From Asterias rubens (lineage: Eukaryota), in NCBI RefSeq assembly GCF_902459465.1, contig NC_047070.1, positions 11,284,001-11,348,000 on the forward strand: 64,000 nt of DNA, in the 5' to 3' direction. Below, piece after piece: positions 50,740 through 64,000 of this stretch. A program made the position numbers and the translations under genes. How positions within the stretch are numbered: position 1 is the first letter of the stretch; each line of letters begins with the position of its first letter. The notes under the pieces were generated by a model. The model was not told the origin of the DNA. It saw only the letters and a program-made list of their open reading frames with translations, and did no database searches.

Positions 50740-52954
50740 CATAGTAACATCATCGTAAGCAGACATTTGGTGCAACATGCGAACAGATTTCCCAGGGCAC
50801 ATATTGAGTAGGATTCTACTCTACTCTACTCACTGAGCAACTGGTACTCGAAGCAGAAGGCGCAACAAGGTCGAGGTCAGAAGTTCTGTGTGGCAAAAAG
50901 AGTCTCGAGTGGAAAAGAGGCATAAGTCTTACACTCTGGTTTTTAAAAAGACAATGGAGCTGATGAGGACAAACAGAAGGGCAATGGTAAGACTTCTTTT
51001 TCAAGTTTGTCGGGCCTAAAAAGCGTTTATTTTTTCATAACTTTCGATTAGATTTTATCGGCGCACTGTACGAGCTTCTTGGATTCGGCAAATTTGTTTT
51101 TGGTCGAGAAATTCAAAGTAGAAAGAGATTCCCTATTGCAAACTTGAGAGAATAATTTTATTTTTTTCAAAACCGTAACCAAAAACTTGGAAAGTTTGAT
51201 TCATGATTTCAAGGGATTTGGTCAATACTCCAGTTGTGCGAAAGAAATCTTGAGGACATTTTATTTAGATTGTAAGTGAAGTGAAGGGTTTCTAGACTAG
51301 CCCGGGTTATAATATAGACATTCCAGGAATTCATTTTTGAAGATGGTAATTTGAAGTGAAGTTCAGAACGTTTGAGATTTGGAGTTTCGATTTGGTGAAG
51401 TAAAGGATAGATACATTATTTTGGTTTAATTTTGAAGGAGATTTAGTTTGAGTCAAGGAATTGTAATTGAAGCCAAAGAATAGTGAACGTTTAAGTGATA
51501 GTATTGAAGAAGAATTTCTTAATTAAGTCAAACTACTGCTGTAGGCCTATAGTACATTAGAAGCGTTTCTTTAAATTAGAAGTGTTTCTTTCATTGTTCA
51601 TTTATTTCATGGGTGCAAGTTGTTTGGAGCCATGGTTTATGTGACAACTTTTCACAATAAATCTACAGTCTAAATCTTTTTCTTTCTTTTTTCATTTTTC
51701 CCCCCAAAAATCAAAGGAACTTAGCTAATATGAAAAAGGAGTGCTATTGTAAAGCATGCGGGGACGTCTTTGTTTTAAAGAAAATGAAAGATGGCGCATC
51801 AATGAAGTGTGTAATACGTTTATATTCATCAAAAATCACACACCCTTATGTTAAAAAAATACCTGGGTAGGCATACAAAAATTGTTTGAGAAAACAAATA
51901 TTGTTTTTAAATCACCTTTATAAGTGACCTTTCGAACTGTAGAAAATTAAATACGGACCGAAGTTTTGATGATACAGCAAAAATGCTTTGAAATCTTAGA
52001 CTAAAATGTCAAAAAAATGCTACTTATAAAAAAAATACCGCCACACATTTTCAAAATAAGCCATTAAGGGCCTGGACGAAATACTAAAAATATGTAATAG
52101 ATTAATAAAGTAACCATTTGTTGTGGCTAGAAATTCACGGTAAATTAGCGAAAATGAGTTTTTACTCCTGAAAATGAGAATTTTCAGAACGCTGTTTTTA
52201 AAGAAAAACGTCGTTTACGCGCGGAAATATAGCGCCCTCTGCTGACTATAAATAGTCAATGCGATGCAGCACATCGTCGGTTTGGAGCAAGTCCATGGAA
52301 GCGGCCAACGTTTGTGAATGAATAAGTTTTTGGTTGCGTGTGCTTTATTTCTCGATCCCCAGTAAGGTAAGAATGTTAACTGTTGATAGTGTTCGCATAG
52401 ATAATGTAGGTTAGATTGATCCGAGGATGGGCATTTCAATAAATGTAGAAATATTGAATTACAAATAAGTTTGCGATCGTGTACTTCATACGTATCGCTA
52501 AAAAAAAGAAAATGAAAAAAAAAAGTACTCGGTAAAGGCAATCTGCCAGACGTGTTTCCAAGCCTATAAACTGTCAAGGATATCTTTGTTTATATTGTCG
52601 AATGATAAACTATTACATGAACCTGGCGTTCGCGTACAACTAGGCTTAAGATGTGAACCAGATGTTTTTTGTTTTGTTTTTTAAGTTGGGGGAGGGAGCG
52701 GTCATTGTAATGATAGCAGTCAGATGTGATAGCTCTGTACAGCCTGATATTTGTTTTACGACTCTGTTCTGGTTACTATTAGTAGTAAGGTTGTATTTCT
52801 TCTGTTCTATTTCAAATAGCGGATGCAGTTACAGATGGATCACTCCAACATCCCACCTTCTAATCGGGAGATCTTTGATAATTACATGAAAAGAAGATGG
52901 GTCGGCCGCAAGAAGCCAAGCTTTATAGCAGTGGCTAGAGAAATAATAAATGAT

Positions 52955-53454
52955 NNNNNNNNNNNNNNNNNNNNNNNNNNNNNNNNNNNNNNNNNNNNNN
53001 NNNNNNNNNNNNNNNNNNNNNNNNNNNNNNNNNNNNNNNNNNNNNNNNNNNNNNNNNNNNNNNNNNNNNNNNNNNNNNNNNNNNNNNNNNNNNNNNNNNN
53101 NNNNNNNNNNNNNNNNNNNNNNNNNNNNNNNNNNNNNNNNNNNNNNNNNNNNNNNNNNNNNNNNNNNNNNNNNNNNNNNNNNNNNNNNNNNNNNNNNNNN
53201 NNNNNNNNNNNNNNNNNNNNNNNNNNNNNNNNNNNNNNNNNNNNNNNNNNNNNNNNNNNNNNNNNNNNNNNNNNNNNNNNNNNNNNNNNNNNNNNNNNNN
53301 NNNNNNNNNNNNNNNNNNNNNNNNNNNNNNNNNNNNNNNNNNNNNNNNNNNNNNNNNNNNNNNNNNNNNNNNNNNNNNNNNNNNNNNNNNNNNNNNNNNN
53401 NNNNNNNNNNNNNNNNNNNNNNNNNNNNNNNNNNNNNNNNNNNNNNNNNNNNNN
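52955..53454. other. Assembly gap, 500 N
   Basis: Run of exactly 500 n. Confidence 1.
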
Positions 53455-55747
53455 CTAGGGGACTGAGGGTGTAGATGGCCACAAAGCAGTCTAAATGATG
53501 GTGTGGGGCCTAGGGGACTGGGGGTATAGATGGCCACAAAGCAGTCTAAATGATGGTGTGGGGCCTAGGGGACTGAGGGTATAGATGGCCACAAAGCAGT
53601 CTAAATGATGGTGTGGGGCCTAGGGGACTGAGGGTATAGATGGCCACAAAGCAGTCTAAATGATGGTGTGGGCCCTAGGGGACTCAGGGTATAGATGGCC
53701 ACAAAGCAGTCTAAATGATGGTGTGGGCCCTAGGGGACTCAGGGTATAGATGGCCCAAAGCAGTCTAAATGATGGTGTGGGGCCTAGGGGGACTGAAGGT
53801 ATAGATGGCCACAAAGCAGTCTAAATGATGGTGTGGGGCCTAGGGGACTGAAGGTATAGATGGCCCAAAGCAGTCTAAATGATGGTGTGGGGCCTAGGGG
53901 GACTGAAGGTATAGATGGCCCAAAGCAGTCTAAATGATGGTTCGGGGCCTAGGGGACTGAGGGTATAGATGGCCACAAAGCAGTCTAAATGATGGTGTGG
54001 GGCCTAGGGGACTGAGGGTATAGATGACCCAAAGCAGTCTAAATGATGGCGTGGGGCCTAGGGGACTGAAGGTATAGATGACCCAAAGCAGTCTAAATGA
54101 TGGTGTGGGGCCTAGAGGGACTGAAGGTATAGATGGCCCAAAGCAGTCTAAATGATGGTGTGGGGCCTAGGGGGACTGAAGGTATAGATGGCCACAAAGC
54201 AGTCTAAATGATGGTGTGGGGCCTAGGGGACTGAAGGTATAGATGGCCCAAAGCAGTCTAAATGATGGTGTGGGGCCTAGGGGACTGAGGGTATAGATGG
54301 CCACAAAGCAGTCTAAATGATGGTGTGGGGCCTAGGGGACTGAGGGTATAGATGGCCACAAAGCAGTCTAAATGATGGTGTGGGCCCTAGGGGACTCAGG
54401 GTATAGATGGCCCAAAGCAGTCTAAATGATGGTGTGGGCCCCAGGGGACTCAGGGTATAGATGGCCCAAAGCAGTCTAAATGATGGTGTGGGCCCTAGGG
54501 GACTCAGGGTATAGATGGCCACAAAGCAGTCTAAATGATGGTGTGGGGCCTAGGGGGACTGAAGGTATAGATGGCCCAAAGCAGTCTAAATGATGGTGTG
54601 GGCCCTAGGGGACTCAGGGTATAGATGGCCACAAAGCAGTCTAAATGATGGTGTGGGGCCTAGGGGACTGAGGGTATAGATGGCCACAAAGCAGTCTAAA
54701 TGATGGTGTGGGCCCTAGGGGACTCAGGGTCTAGATGGCCACAAAGCAGTCTAAATGATGGTGTGGGGCCTAGGGGACTGAGGGTATAGATGGCCACAAA
54801 GCAGTCTAAATGATGGTGTGGGGCCTAGGGGACTGAGGGTATAGATGGCCCAAAGCAGTCTAAATGATGGTGTGGGGCCTAGGGGACTGAGGGTATAGAT
54901 GGCCACAAAGCAGTCTAAATGATGGTGTGGGGCCTAGGGGACTGACGGTATAGATGGCCCAAAGCAGTCTGAATGATGGTGTGGGCCCTAGGGGACTGAG
55001 GGTATAGATGGCCGCAAAGCAGTCTAAATGATGGTGATGGGGCCTAGGGGACTGAGGGTATAGATGGCCCAAAGCAGTCTAAATGATGGTGATGGGGCCT
55101 AGGGGACTGAGGGTATAGATGGCCACAAAGCTGTCTAAATGATGGTGTGGGGCCTAGGAGGACTGAGGGTATAGATGGCCCAAAGCAGTCTAAATGATGG
55201 TGTGGGGCCTAGGGGGACTGAGGGTATAGATGGCCACAAAGCAGTCTAAATGATGGTGTGGGCCCTAGGGGACTCAGGGTATAGATGGCCCAAAGCAGTC
55301 TAAATGATGGTGTGGGGCCTAGGGGGACTGAAGGTATAGATGGCCCGAAAGCAGTCTAAATGATGTTGTGGGGCTAGTGGACTGAGGGTATAGATGGCCC
55401 AAAGCGTTTTAATTGATGGTGTGGGGCCTAGGAGGACTGAGGGTATAGATGACCCAAAGCAGTCTAAATGATGGTGTGGGGCCTAGGGGGACTGAGGGTA
55501 TAGATGGCCACAAAGCAGTCTAAATGATGGTGTGGGGCCTTAAGGGACTGAAGGTATAGATGGCCCAAAGCAGTCTTAATGATGGTGTTGGGCCTAGGGG
55601 GGACTGAGGGTATAGATGGCCACAAAGCAGTCTAATTGATGGTGTGATGGGGCCTAGGTGACTGAGGGTGTAGATGGCCCAAAGCAGTTTAAATGATGGT
55701 GTGTGGCCTATATGGGACTGAGGGTGGAGATGACCCAAAGCAGTCTT
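53455..55747. repeat. Satellite with 54-56-bp unit, about 42 copies, abutting the gap
   Basis: Unit ctaggggactgagggtatagatggccacaaagcagtctaaatgatggtgtggggc; it degenerates toward the right end. Confidence 0.95.
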
Positions 55748-55844
55748 TAGAAAAAATTGAGTGACGGGGTGGGGGGACAAAGATTTGTGACACGGAGAAA
55801 CTAAAGGGAGTGGGTATCTAGGTAGTTACCGTGGTTATATGATA

Positions 55845-56650
55845 TCAATTGGTCGCGAGGAACGGAAGCCATAATATGTCACTCATGTTGAAGCCGACGT
55901 CATGAGGTATTGTGTCGTGTTTATGGATCTTGATGGCCTTTCTGATGCGTCTTGGGTGCCATGCCTGTAGAGGAGCGATGAATACTGCATTCCAGTCAAC
56001 ATGGTGTCTTGTAATGTGTGAGTGTTTGGCGTGTAGCAAATTAAAGCTACACGCAATTAGAAGGATCTTCGATTTGATATTTATGTCCATAATATCAAAG
56101 ACATTCAAGAATTAACTGAAATGAGAATGTGTTGGGAATTATTGCAATTTAAATATCAGACCCTTTTGGCCTTTTCAAAAATCGCGTTCCTGCCTTGTCG
56201 AATTCGTCAACTCATCGAGTTGTCCTATAAATCAAAACAATGTGCCCGTCTCGATAGGATAGTGATGGATCCAATATAATGTCCTCTCCTCATCCTACAG
56301 GCCTAACTGTTTAAATCAAAGCCATACTGGGGGCCAATTGGATGTTGTTTTTATTGATGTAATAAAGTGTTGTAGCCCTATTATCATTATATGCATAGTT
56401 TACATTGTTTTGTTAAGTTTTGAGGCAATATCGTTAAAGTAAAGTCAAATAAATTTAACCATAATTTCTTGATCGAATTAATTTGACCGTCTTTTGTCTG
56501 GATGTGATGCTCAGAACTGTCCCAAAGGTTGTTTGTACCAAGGTTTGTTTCCAAACGGATGATTGTTATCCCAAGTTTAAGTAATTTGTCATTAATTCGT
56601 CCAATGTTTCTGTTAAACTTGATCACAAAACACGTTCGTCTCTGTGATTG
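55845..56650 (-). mobile_element. Degenerate, internally deleted Penelope-like retroelement remnant
   Basis: HAKHSHITRHHVDWNAVFI....WHPRRIRKAIKIHKHDTIPHDVGFNMSDILWLPFL matches the C-terminal GIY-YIG endonuclease motif (H..DW...R.I.EAI.I.K...N.D.G..LS.IW.P.L). 56390-56650 loosely resembles a Penelope N-terminal helical region. No RT seen. Confidence 0.6.
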
Positions 56651-58185
56651 CAGTAGTTGTTAAGCCTAATCATAGATCTCTTACATCGAGTGTAGCTAGC
56701 TGGAAGTGTTGTGTAGAAACAACTGATCAAGTAGTTTTGCCTGTGAATGAATGTTTCTGTCATCACGCTGCTGATTCATCCTGCATTAAGACAACTAATG
56801 CCATTCATTCATATCCTTAATATAAAATAGCCGTGTCGACCTCCTAGTGTTTCCTCATTCCCGTAAGCCTGTGTAGGTGCCTTTATACGAGCCATATACA
56901 GTCGAAGAGTCTGCTGGCTAATATCCTGGTAATCCACTTATTGTTTTAATTAAAGGTCAGTGAACGTAAAACTGGGTCATCGAAGACCAACTCAGACGGG
57001 TTTCTTTGACTGTCGCTTCACCTCACAAACAGCTAAACCATTCCACTCGCAACCAAAACCATATTAATAAATGCATTTGCTAATTAACTTCATCTCTTTT
57101 TTACTTTTTGAATAAATTTGTCATTCATTTGTTTAAACACTTAATCCAATAAACAATCATTGATCATAAAAACAACATAACGAAGGAACAGCAAAATGTA
57201 GTTTACTTTCTTTTTTTAGAGAGGTGGTCAGGACGCAAAGTGAAATATGTTAGATGCTGTGAAATAAATTGACCTTCTTTATTAACTGGTACAAAGAATT
57301 TCATCGTGGTGTTGCAAATATTTCATATTTCAGTATTCACACAAACTGTTTCCCTTATCAAACATTATTATCTTTATCGGATTCTGTTACTAACTTGGTC
57401 GTTATGTGGTTCTTTGCTTTTGTGCGTGATCAATTTGTTAAATTGAACACAAACCGTCGGATCTTCAGGTACAAATATAAGCAACTGTTTATTGACCCCA
57501 AATGAAATGAAGACTATAGTAGCGGGACTATTAAATACAGGACATACAAACACACGAACCTCAAAATATTGACATTACTCTTGATGTTCTTACCAAAACC
57601 TAACAATTTTCCCAAACAGGCTTTGCTAAAGAAAGGGGTATCCGACTTTTCGCTGTTGTTGTTTTAGTGTCTCCTGTAACGTGTTACTCTGATCTATGCC
57701 GATGGCGGGAAGGCAGTTACTTTCAAAATCCCCGGGTTGGAGTCTTGTTTCATTTTCACTTGAGGGTAATTTCACAAGCGTTGTTGACTTTTTGGAGAGA
57801 GGACGCGTGTTCTACGGGATCTCCGGCTTGGCACGTTGCTGTTTAAAACGTCGCAAGTCGTAAAACTTGAAGGTTTGAGTCTGCCCGGAGGTGACCTTTA
57901 TTTTTAAAAGCTTGAGCACCGTTAAATACATGTGTAAACATAAAACGATGTTAGGTGTACTCCAGAGAAACAGTAATGGGATGAAGCAAGCAAGAAATCA
58001 CACATAATCCGTAAAAAGCAGGGACCTAGGGGGGGCAGAATTGAAGTCAAGGTGCAGAAACACAAGAACCTCATAAAAAGCGAAAACCTTTATACCTAAT
58101 CCTGTGTCTGCTATCCCCCACGATGAGTAAGAAACTGTCTTTATTATTAACCATTTCGCCGATAATTCTGTCATATTTGAAACTT

Positions 58186-58571
58186 TCAAGACACTGGAGA
58201 CTGTTGGTAATTGTCAAAGACAAGTCTTCTCACTTTGTGTATCTCAACATTATGCATAAAATAACACACCTGTGAAAATGTGAGCTCAAATGGTCGTCGA
58301 AGTTGTGAGATAATAATGGAAGAAAAACCACCCTTGTCACATGAAGTTGTGTGCTTTCAGATGCTTGATTTCGAGACCTCAAAATCTAATTCTGAGGTAT
58401 ATAAATCAAATTCGTGGGAAAATTACTTCTTCTCGAAAACTAAGTTACCTCAGAGGGAGCCGTTTCCCACAATGTTTTATACTAGCAACAGCTCCCCATT
58501 GCTCGTAACCAAGTAAGGTTTGATGCTAATAATTATTTTGAGTTATTACCAATAGTGCCCACTGCCTTTGA
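58186..58571 (+). mobile_element. MITE of about 385 bp with TTAA-type ends (Kolobok-like)
   Basis: tcaagacactgga.act.ttggtaatt ... ttaccaatagtg.ccactgcctttga; a near-complete inverted homolog lies at 61700-62062. Confidence 0.7.
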
Positions 58572-59000
58572 AGTAGCCTGACTGACGTTCTTTTGTTCTC
58601 TTTCTGAAACAGATATATGGTAAATATAGGCCTACTGGGTACATTTCTTGTCTCAATTTGCCAAGAAAGGGATATTCATGAGCAATGTTATGCAACATCC
58701 CTTTGAGATCTTATATATAAACCTGCCTCACATTTGTCTCTTGCTAGGCTCTTATATGAGACGGGTCAGATGGATGTGAACATTTTGGTTCACAAACTTA
58801 CCTTCTACTTCTGATACCGTCAAAGCTAACATTTCCCTCCTTAACACCAGCCTTCTTGTTGTTCTTCACCATTCATCTGTCTACTGTATTTTGTTAACTG
58901 TTTTTATTGATGTCGTTCTGTGTATAAGCTCTTCACGTTAATGATGCCTTGTATTTGGTGTGGGCGGTGATGAGTGACAAGTTGACCAGCCTTCTCTAGC

Positions 59001-61662
59001 ACGTCTGTTACGCATGATTGTGTCCGACGGTGATGATTAAGTCCGACATCATTTTTGAACCATTGTGTCCGCCCCATTGTTTCCGTAGAACCATTGTGTC
59101 CGACCCATTGTGTCCCACAAACCATTGTGTCCGACCCATTGTGTCCGTAGAACCATTGTGGCCGACCCATTGTGTCCTACAAACCATTGTGTCCGACCCA
59201 TTGTGTCCGTAGAACCATTGTGTCCGACCCATTATGTCCTACAAACCATTGTGTCCGCCCCATTGTGTCCTACAGACCATTGTGTCCGACCCATTGTGTC
59301 CGTAGAACCATTGTGTCCGACCCATTATGTCCTACAAACCATTGTGACCATTGTGTCCGCCCATTGTGTCCTACAGACCATTGTGTCCGACCCATTGTGT
59401 CCTACAGACCATTGTTTCCGCCCCATTGTGTCCTACAAACTATTGTGTCCGACCCATTATGTCCTACAAACCATTGTGTCTGACCCATTGTGTCCTACAA
59501 ACCATTGTGTCCGCCCCATTGTGTCCTACAAACCATTGTGTCCGACCTATTGTGTCCTACAAACCATTGTGTCCGACCTATTGTGTCCGACCTATTGTGT
59601 CCTACAAACCATTGTGTCCGCCCCATTGTGTCCTATAAAACCAATGTGTCCGCCCCGTTGTGTCCGAATTTCGCCAGGTTATGTCTGATGAAACATGTTC
59701 GACACACATTGTTGTTTAAGTTAGTCAACGCCGATTGGATTTCTTTGAGATTAGTCAATATTTTTGTATGGGCCCCAAAATCCCCAAAAGACTTGACCAG
59801 TGTTTTGCTAATAGTATTTTTTTAAACATGTGGCTAAAAGAAACTGTTTTTGTTTTTGTTTCCCTATCACATAATGTGACCTGCTTTGCAAAAGCTGCTG
59901 TTATGTCGCAATTTTTTATGTATACGTGGAGTAGCAAGGGCTTAATTCAGTTTCAATTTGATGTATGTTATAGAAGTTTTTATAGCATCTTGCCATTCCA
60001 AATTATACTACAACTTGCATTCAATTGTTTCAAACCAAGTTCTTATGATTATCCCTATCTAGCCACGGCTAGTTTCGTGTCGTGGCCGAGCGGTTGAGAG
60101 TACCGAATTCAAACTCTGGTGTTTCTGATCAGCAGAGTGTGGGTTCGAATCCCCAGCCGCAACACTTGTGTCTTTAAGCAAGACACTTAACCATTGCTTC
60201 GTCCTTCGGATAGGACGTAAAGCCGTTGGTCCCATGTGTTGTGTAACGCTTGTAAAATAACCCAGTGCACTTATCGAAAAGAGAAGGGGTTCGCCCCGGT
60301 GTTCCTGGTTGTGGCTGCTTCATGCGCCGTAGCACTTTGTAAACCCTTATAAGTGCTACATAATTGGGTCTCAGAATCCATCACTGCAATAACCTATCTT
60401 TCTGACAGTTTGTATATACTATAGGCGCCTTGAGTACCTTGTTTGGTAGATACGTGCGCTATATAACACTTCGATATTATTTTATTATATTATTTTCCCA
60501 TTAGATTATTCATCTAAAACTTTCACAAATTGAATGTTATGACTTTGTAATGTCAACATTGTGAACTTTTACAAAGCCGCGAGGACATGACCAAATAAAT
60601 CCGTAGCGACAAATTAATGCCAAATACCCACAGCAATATTTACCTGTGGCAACGAAAGCTTTTTTTATCGGTACCACGACTGGCAATGTATCGTAAGGAG
60701 GTTAATTAAAACAAAAAAATTATTTTACTCGTGCTGTTGCTCAAATTACGAGTCCCTTGGCGTTTCCCAGAGCGGTCTGTTCTCCCTCGGCATCATCTAG
60801 GGAAAATAGAGCGCTTTCTAAGCAATTAACATTAATTATTCTAAATTTGTACATATTTAAACATATTCAAATCGGTTAATGTTCAGCACAGCCACATGTT
60901 TAAAAAAATTACTGTTAGTGTTAGCAAAACACTGGTCAAGTTTGGGGGCCCAGAATAAACATTGACTTATCTCAAAGCGGCGTTGACTTACATATAAAAC
61001 AGGGTGTGTCAAACATGTTTCATCAGACATACTTTGGCGAAAACAATGCTTTGGACAAGACGGGGCACACACATTGGTTTAAGGACATAATGGGGCGGAC
61101 ACAATGGTTTGTAGGACACAATGGGTCGGACACAAAAGTTCTCCGGACACATTGGGTCGGACACGATGGTTTGTAGGACACAATGGGTCGGACACAATGG
61201 TTTGTAGGACACAATTGGGCGGACACAATGGTTTGTAGGACACAATGGGTCGGACACAATAGTTTGTAGGACACAATGGGTCGGACACAATGGTTTGTAG
61301 GACACAATGGGTCGGACACAATGGTTTGTAGGACGCAATGGGTCGGACACAATGGTTTGTAGGACACAATGGGTCGGACACAATGGTTTGTAGGACACAA
61401 TGGGTCGGACACAATGGTTTGTAGGACACAATGGGTCGGACACAATAGTTTGTAGGACACAATGGGTCGGACACAATGGTTTGTAGGACACAATGGGTCG
61501 GACACAATGGTTTGTAGGACGCAATGGGTCGGACACAATGGTTTGTAGGACACAATGGGTCGGACACAATGGTTCTACGGACACAATCGGGCGGACACAA
61601 TTGTTCAAAAATGATGTCGGACTTAATCGTCACCGTCGGACACAATCGTGCGTAACACATGT
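59001..61662. mobile_element. Foldback-like DNA element with inverted arms of about 800 bp containing GTGTCC-motif tandem arrays
   Basis: 59001-59835 is the reverse complement of 60890-61662, covering the outer unique TIR, the (acc/ccc)attgtgtcc arrays and the inner unique segment. Confidence 0.85.
60068..60495 (+). mobile_element. tRNA-derived SINE inserted in the foldback element
   Basis: A box TGGCCGAGCGG (60083-93), B box GGTTCGAATCCC (60142-53), body motif cttaagcaagacacttaacc, and a gcgctatataa...ttattat tail. No cloverleaf acceptor stem, so it is not a tRNA gene. Confidence 0.8.
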
Positions 61663-61699
61663 CATACTGAAGAATAAATGTCCTTAAAGGCTATATTAA

Positions 61700-62062
61700 C
61701 CTTAAACACTATTGGTAATTACTCAAAATAATTATTAGCATAAACCCTTACTTGGTGACAAGTAATGAGGAGAGGCTGATGGTATAAAACATTGTGTGAA
61801 ACGGCTCCCTCTGAAGTGACGTAGTTTTCGAGAAAGAAGTAATTTTCCACGAAATTGATTTCGAGGTCTCGAAATCAAGCATCTGAAAGCACACTTACTA
61901 CGTGTGACAGGTTTTTTTTTTCTTCTTTCATTATTATCTTGCAACTTCGACTACCGCGTTTGAGCTCAAATGTTCACTTTTTTTTTTGTTACGCATATGT
62001 TGAGATACACCAAGTGAGAAGACTGGTCTTTGATAATTACCAATAGTGTCCAGTGTCTTTAA
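61700..62062 (-). mobile_element. Second copy of the 58186 MITE in the opposite orientation
   Basis: acactattggtaattactcaaaataattattagcat ... ttaccaatagtgtccagtgtctttaa is the reverse complement of the 58186 element. Confidence 0.75.
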
Positions 62063-64000
62063 GGTCTAAGCTATAGAATATGGGCAGCTGAATCACTCAA
62101 TATGCCGTGCAAGTTTCGCGCGTATATTCGAACATTATTGTGACCACGTTGATTTACCAAGTGAAGAAAACAAACTCACGCACTTTAATTTAGAATCATT
62201 TCACAGGCAAACACAACTCTTGTTCTTTACCGATGACTTAAATACCAATCTGCTTTAAAGTATCAGCTACATGCCTTATGAAGAAACTCACTATAAGAAC
62301 ACTGATACGTAAGGGCATCGAACCTCTTATCCAGACATCAACACCCAGCAATTATTTCATTCTTTTAATTGACGTAAGTTGAATGATATCTATACATTCC
62401 TGATCTGAAAACTTTAAACACCGTAGTCCATTTTTAGCACTTGCTCAACCAGTGAGATTACAAGCTTCGCGCTTCCTTTGCACAAAATAACCTCCTCCCT
62501 CCAAAAAAAGCATTGCATCTCTGCCTATCATTAAACATTATCCTCCTTGGCAAATATCGACTCAGTGTTCCTTTTTCATCCAATTTATCACTATTCCCTT
62601 CCGCTTTTTTCGAAATGCACTCTACCATTGGGGCTTTGGTTTCTGTAGATGGCCAATCTCATCCATTATTAGCATGCTGTTTACACGCGTGGAAGTAAAC
62701 CAACCAATCAACACTGGCAAGTTGATAAAGCGTCCCAGAGCTCACAAACACATTTTAGACTTTGGGCCTACCTCAGTTGTTTGCTATTCAGTTTACTCCA
62801 TTTTCCCTGTGTTAATATTGGAAATGCTCTCATTGGCAGACTATTAGACCCTGCCTTATTCTTCTTTAAGTTTTTACAATCAATTGATAAAACATGGCAC
62901 TTTTGAGAGCACCGTTGTGCTCTTAAATTGCTTAACTGTACTTTGTGTCCCTGATGATGTTTAGCTATGGTCCAGTCTTTATAATACAATCCCCGGCGTA
63001 TATCGTCAGTTTTAAAAACAATAAAAGGCCTAAATAATAATATATAAAAAAATAATAAAAAATACGTCTACATTTTGTTTTCACTGATGATGAATTCCAT
63101 AGAAAGCATGATGCAGCGCGGCGTGAGCACCCCATGCCCATGTACTTTAAAGCACGTTATGAGGCTTATTGATAAAGAAGTTACTTTAACTCCATCTAAT
63201 TGGGTTCTTTTCCCCTTCACGGCGCTGTTTAGTTGACAAGATAATTCGGTATTCACAAGTCTGTGAACATCGTGTGTATGCCGTGTGTATCAGTAGCGGT
63301 CGTACTGCAGCGACTTAAACACTTCAGTGCTCTTTAATGATAGGTACTCACCCTTCAGTCTTTTGCGCCGCAGTTTGGGAACAATTTCAAATTATAGACG
63401 GTATGTTCTTGAGGAGACTGTAGGGAAGGAAGTCGGTGTCGTCCTTGACGTCTGCTGATGGCACTATGGAGTCAATGGATGAACTCTCATGCTGGTTTTC
63501 ACTAAGACTAGAATCCAAGCGAAAAAGTCTTCAAGATAAATGCGTCTCTGCTACTGTGGATCGTGTGCAGCCGGACTTTGTATTAATCCCTAATGTTACT
63601 AACAATATGGTTCAGCATCACGTATCCAATGGTGTAATCTCTGAATGGAAATACATGTAAACCGGTTCAGATGGTTTCTTCAGTTTAACTTCTCGCTTCG
63701 CACTTGTATCGTTGCATATTGAGGACCACAACAGACTGACTTATTTGAACAGTTTTGCTGTGTGATTATTGCAGAGAATTGCTGAATGTCACACATAAGT
63801 CACTGTGTTTGTAATTTCAGCAGGTTTCGATGCACAAATAAATGGGTAAGTTAACATTTATTTATTCGATGTATTTATTTACAAATTCTGTTGTCATGAC
63901 AATACAGTACTTTGTTTCGTTTGTACAACCAAAGGATAATTCACAGCCGTTGAAAATCTGAGCCCGAACGAAGGCAAACTGTTTAATAAAGACTTCTTAA

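Noticed and set aside
52823-53537. ORFs of 174-217 aa spanning the gap
   Set aside because: They consist mostly of X from the 500-N gap.
54313-55780. Periodic ORFs in the 55-bp array, and the array as a possible CRISPR
   Set aside because: The units are contiguous near-identical monomers with no unique spacers, the context is eukaryotic, and there are no cas genes.
60068-60160. tRNA gene
   Set aside because: It has A and B boxes but no complete cloverleaf and continues into a SINE body and tail.
58904-61687. Cys/Pro-rich ORFs (PLCPTHCV repeats) resembling metallothionein or keratin-associated proteins
   Set aside because: They are read-through of the foldback minisatellite and appear in several frames on both strands.
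63436-63660. 74-aa ORF near the right end
   Set aside because: No recognisable domain or splice support; competing weak frames exist on both strands.

Overview
AT-rich, intron-containing animal genomic DNA that is almost entirely a patchwork of transposable elements and tandem repeats. The repeat types suggest a marine deuterostome such as an echinoderm (inference). There is one 500-N assembly gap at 52955-53454. No rRNA, genuine tRNA or CRISPR array was seen. Main contents: (1) a Helentron/HINE-like element and a small spliced Tudor-domain gene at the left end; (2) a CACTA/EnSpm (CMC) cluster at about 7.4-25.1 kb, comprising a minus-strand element with an internally deleted transposase but an intact 5-exon, 533-aa SAM-domain accessory gene, and two 5'-truncated plus-strand elements, each with accessory-gene exons and a CACTCT-type 3' TIR; (3) an LTR-like block carrying unspliced-looking and spliced-looking copies of the same 166 bp; (4) a 630-bp palindromic element whose arms carry Penelope-type hammerhead-ribozyme-like motifs; (5) a 4.1-kb PIF/Harbinger-type element with TTA target-site duplication; (6) a 4.5-kb pogo-superfamily DD35D element with a near-intact transposase; (7) remnants of hAT, Penelope and possibly Crypton/Tx1 elements, many MITEs, a tRNA-derived SINE inside a foldback element, and 84-, 40- and 55-bp satellites. 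Family assignments rest on motifs recognised by eye, not on database searches.
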